From an uncultured Pelagibacteraceae bacterium (GTDB lineage: Bacteria > Pseudomonadota > Alphaproteobacteria > Pelagibacterales > Pelagibacteraceae), in assembly GCA_902601545.1 (NCBI GenBank), contig CACKNR010000004.1:552-64551 (forward strand): a stretch of DNA of 64,000 nt, written 5' to 3'. Positions 60,824-64,000 of the stretch are shown one piece after another; the stretch's first letter is position 1; each line of letters begins with the position of its first letter. A model generated the notes under the pieces. It did no database searches. It was not told the DNA's origin and was given only the letters and a program-made list of their open reading frames with translations. The translations under genes and the position numbers were made by a program.

Positions 60824-62110
60824 TTATTCTTCATCTATTCTTATCAATTTAGATCTTTTTTTTACATAAGATCTTTTATTAATAGTCTGAATAATTTTAT
60901 TAAGTGATTTGTCTTTTGAGGGATGAGTTATGATTATAATTGATGATGAACCCTTATTTTTATTTGGGTCTTGAACTAATCTTTTTATAGAAACTTTATT
61001 TCTTGAAAAAATTTGAGTGATATTTGACAAAACACCAGGTTTATCCGTTACATTAAATCTAAAGTAAGCGGAAAAAAAACGTTCTGATATATCTTTAAAA
61101 TTTAAGTTTTTTCTTTCTTTGTTTGATATTGAAAAAGGAAATTTAATGTTTCCTCTTAAAATAGATGAGATATCAGAAATTAATGCAGATGTTGTTGCGG
61201 CAGGACCTGCTCCTTCACCTTGTATTATACTTTGACCAACCGGATTTCCATCTATGATAACAGCATTTAAAACGCCGTCGATGCTTCCTACATAAGAACT
61301 GTTTCTTATTAATGTAGGATGAACTCTTTGAAAGATATTTTTTCCTATAAGTTCAGCATAGCCTAGCAATTTAATTTTATAACCAAGTCTCTTAGCGTAA
61401 TTTATATCATCCTTGTCTATATCTTTAATTCCTTCGACATGGATATTCTTGTTCAAAAATGAATTAAAACATAGAGATGACAAAATTTTTAATTTTGCTG
61501 CTACATCGTCTCCATTCAAATCAGCTGTAGGATTTGACTCTGCATATCCCAATTTTTGCGCGTTTTGCAAAACTTCTTTTAAGGATTTATTTTCTTTATC
61601 CATCGATGAAAGTATATAATTTGATGTACCATTAAATATTCCAAAAACTTTATTGATTTTGTTAGCAATCAATCCTTCTTTTAAAGACCTTATAATTGGC
61701 ACCCCACCACAAACTGACGCTTCAAATTCTAAATTGACTTTATTTTTTTCAGCTATTCTTGATAATTGATCACCATATTTAGCAATTAAAGCCTTATTTG
61801 CTGTTACTACGTTTTTTTTATTTTTAAGTGCTTCAAAAACCAATTTTTTTGCTGGGCCTTCGGCGCCACCAATAAGTTCGACTATCAAGTCAACATTTTT
61901 ATTTTTTGTTGAATCTAAGTAATTGTTCAGCCAGATTTTTTTGTTTATCTTAAAACTTCTTTTACGATTTTTATTTTTTGCGGAGATATAAATAACATTA
62001 GGTATACAATTATTTTTTTTTGAAAGTATATTTTTATTTTTATTCAAGTATTTGTATAGATAGCTCCCAATATTTCCTAAACCAATAATTGCAATATTCA
62101 ATTTTTTCAT
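60824..62110 (-). CDS. hom: Homoserine dehydrogenase
   Basis: GLGNIG, VTANKA, NGTSNYIL, GYAESNP, GEGAG; C-terminal ACT. Confidence 0.96.
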   Translation of the reverse strand: MKKLNIAIIGLGNIGSYLYKYLNKNKNILSKKNNCIPNVIYISAKNKNRKRSFKINKKIWLNNYLDSTKNKNVDLIVELIGGAEGPAKKLVFEALKNKKNVVTANKALIAKYGDQLSRIAEKNKVNLEFEASVCGGVPIIRSLKEGLIANKINKVFGIFNGTSNYILSSMDKENKSLKEVLQNAQKLGYAESNPTADLNGDDVAAKLKILSSLCFNSFLNKNIHVEGIKDIDKDDINYAKRLGYKIKLLGYAELIGKNIFQRVHPTLIRNSSYVGSIDGVLNAVIIDGNPVGQSIIQGEGAGPAATTSALISDISSILRGNIKFPFSISNKERKNLNFKDISERFFSAYFRFNVTDKPGVLSNITQIFSRNKVSIKRLVQDPNKNKGSSSIIIITHPSKDKSLNKIIQTINKRSYVKKRSKLIRIDEE

Positions 62111-62115
62111 AAGTG

Positions 62116-62640
62116 TTATTGTCTTATCGTTAGATCTGGAAATTTCTTATTTTTTCCTTGTTTGATCAAATATTTAGATATCTCATCAATACTACATTTA
62201 TCCAGTAATGTGCAAATATCAGTTGAAATATTATCTATATTTATAATTTTTTTAGTTTTTTTTAAACTATCTTTATTTTCAACTTTTTTCGAGATTTTTT
62301 TTAAACCTTCTTTTTGTTTTTTTACTTTTTGATTCACCCTTTTTTTTATAGCTTTTACCTCCTTTGGAGATAAAACTTTTATGACTTCGTTAGTTTCTGT
62401 TTTTTTTGTAATATTAATTTTTTCTTTTTCAGAGTCTTTTTGTAGATTTAACTCAACTAGGTTCACGATTTTTTTCTCTTTCCCGCCAACTATTTTCATT
62501 TCAAGAGACAGATTTTCTTTGAAATATTGATTTGCCTCTTTTTTATTAACGCACACATGATCACCACATATTAGAACAGCTTTTGGTTTTGAGCAATTGG
62601 CAAATAAAATTAAAAGCAGAAGTAAAAAAAATTTATTCAT
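62116..62640 (-). CDS. Hypothetical lipoprotein
   Basis: LFANC lipobox; CGDHVC and CTLLDKC pairs; Lys-rich. Confidence 0.7.
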   Translation of the reverse strand: MNKFFLLLLLILFANCSKPKAVLICGDHVCVNKKEANQYFKENLSLEMKIVGGKEKKIVNLVELNLQKDSEKEKINITKKTETNEVIKVLSPKEVKAIKKRVNQKVKKQKEGLKKISKKVENKDSLKKTKKIINIDNISTDICTLLDKCSIDEISKYLIKQGKNKKFPDLTIRQ

Positions 62641-63673
62641 TTAAACCCATTTTTTCAGAAAAGCTGTATAAAAGATTCATATTTTGAACTGCTTGTCCAG
62701 ATGCTCCTTTTACAAGATTGTCTATAGCCGAAAAAATAACTATTTTATTTTTCAATCTTGTTTTACAAACTGAGATTTCACAATTATTTGTATTTAAAAC
62801 ATTGCCAGATCCTAATTGGCTATTCAATTTTAATATTTTAATAAATTTACATTTTTTGTAAAAATTTATAATTTCATTTCTAATTTTATTTAAAGATACT
62901 TTAGGTTTAAGTTTAACATAGATACTTGTTAATATTCCTCTATACGTAGGTAATAAGTATGGATTAAAAGAATAAGATATTTTTCTTTTGGTTAGTTTAA
63001 ATATTTCTTGATCTATTTCACAAATATGTCTGTGATTTTTTACTCCATAAGCAAAAGTCGATGAATAAAGATTTTTATGCTTAAATTTTTTTTCAAGTTT
63101 TTTACCTGCACCAGAAAATCCTGACTTTGAGTCAATCGTTATATCTCTTAAATTAATTAATCTTTTTTTAACTAAGGGTATTATTGGGATTTGAATTGAT
63201 GTAGGATAGCATCCTGGGTTAGCTATTATCCTATAATTCTTTATTTTTTTTTTATTGAATTCACTAATTGAATAAAGTGATTTACTAATTAGATTTTTTG
63301 CTTTATGTTTTAATTTATAATTCTCATGATATTTTTTTGGATCTGTAATTCTAAAATCAGCAGATAAATCAATATATTTTAAATGCTCATATTTATAGAA
63401 GGTTTTTTTAATAATTTTTTGCGCTTCTCCGTTTGGTAGCGATAGGAAAACTAAATCAATTTCATTCCAATTTATCGTTTTTAAAGCAGAAATTTTCGGT
63501 AGTTTTTTCGTCAATCTTTTATCGAATTGAGATATATTTTTTCCTAAGTTTTTAGTAGCACATAACTTGATAATTTTAACTTTTGGATGTTTTGATAAAT
63601 AATATATCAAGTCCAAACCGGTAAAACCAGTAGCTCCTATAACTGCAATTCTTTTTTTCTTAATCATCGACAT
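62633..63673 (-). CDS. argC: N-acetyl-gamma-glutamyl-phosphate reductase
   Basis: GATGFTG, DLSADFR, ANPGCYPT, DNLVKGASGQAVQNMN. Confidence 0.97.
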   Translation of the reverse strand: MSMIKKKRIAVIGATGFTGLDLIYYLSKHPKVKIIKLCATKNLGKNISQFDKRLTKKLPKISALKTINWNEIDLVFLSLPNGEAQKIIKKTFYKYEHLKYIDLSADFRITDPKKYHENYKLKHKAKNLISKSLYSISEFNKKKIKNYRIIANPGCYPTSIQIPIIPLVKKRLINLRDITIDSKSGFSGAGKKLEKKFKHKNLYSSTFAYGVKNHRHICEIDQEIFKLTKRKISYSFNPYLLPTYRGILTSIYVKLKPKVSLNKIRNEIINFYKKCKFIKILKLNSQLGSGNVLNTNNCEISVCKTRLKNKIVIFSAIDNLVKGASGQAVQNMNLLYSFSEKMGLNE

Positions 63674-63715
63674 AATGATTTATATCACTCTCCAAGTAGA
63701 ATTAAAATTAAATGA

Positions 63716-64000
63716 TTATCGTTTTGAAAACTGGAAGCTTCTTCTAGCTTTTCTATGACCGTATTTTTTCCTCTCAACAACTCTTGAGTCTCTTGTAGTG
63801 AGTTTATCTTTTTTTAAGTTTTTCTTTAAATTTTCATCGTGAGAAATCAACGCCTTTGATATCCCAAGAATTATAGCTCCTGCTTGCCCAGATAGTCCAC
63901 CACCTTTTACAGAACATTTGACATCATAATTTGAAGCAACCTGAGATATTTCTAATGGTCTTGTTACAATTATTTGATGAACTGGTCTTTTAAAATATTC
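63716..64000 (-). CDS. rpsI: 30S ribosomal protein S9 (5'-truncated by window edge; not in ORF track)
   Basis: VKGGGLSGQAGAI...TRDSRVVERKKYGHRKARRSFQFSKR*. Confidence 0.97.
   Translation of the reverse strand, partial: EYFKRPVHQIIVTRPLEISQVASNYDVKCSVKGGGLSGQAGAIILGISKALISHDENLKKNLKKDKLTTRDSRVVERKKYGHRKARRSFQFSKR

Overview
A low-GC, extremely gene-dense alphaproteobacterial chromosome segment. Gene content, overlapping start/stop codons and near-zero spacers point to SAR11 (Pelagibacterales); this is inferred, not searched. The left ~39.5 kb is core housekeeping: ilvD, argS-nagZ-scpAB-tatABC-serS-yajC-secDF, uvrA/ssb-gyrA-coaD-tgt, recG, mltB-dacA-tmk-holB-metG, nhaA and three tRNAs. At ~39.5-41.4 kb lie the only long non-coding stretch and an intact Cre-like tyrosine recombinase. 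Its start codon overlaps a 39-bp lox-like inverted repeat (16-bp arms, 7-bp asymmetric spacer). Gene orientation converges on this point and three KOPS-like octamers point towards it. My top hypothesis is a single-recombinase, lox-like chromosome-dimer-resolution system at the replication terminus. The right side holds a small glycosylation cassette and a myo-inositol uptake/catabolism cluster (iolG, iolE, iolD, ABC transporter). The cluster has no iolB/iolC/iolA in the window but does have an HpcH aldolase, an aldehyde dehydrogenase, a ROK kinase and a second oxidoreductase. Also on the right are a non-canonical pilin-like gene and a recJ whose last codons and stop lie inside tRNA-Glu. No CRISPR, IS or prophage genes were seen.
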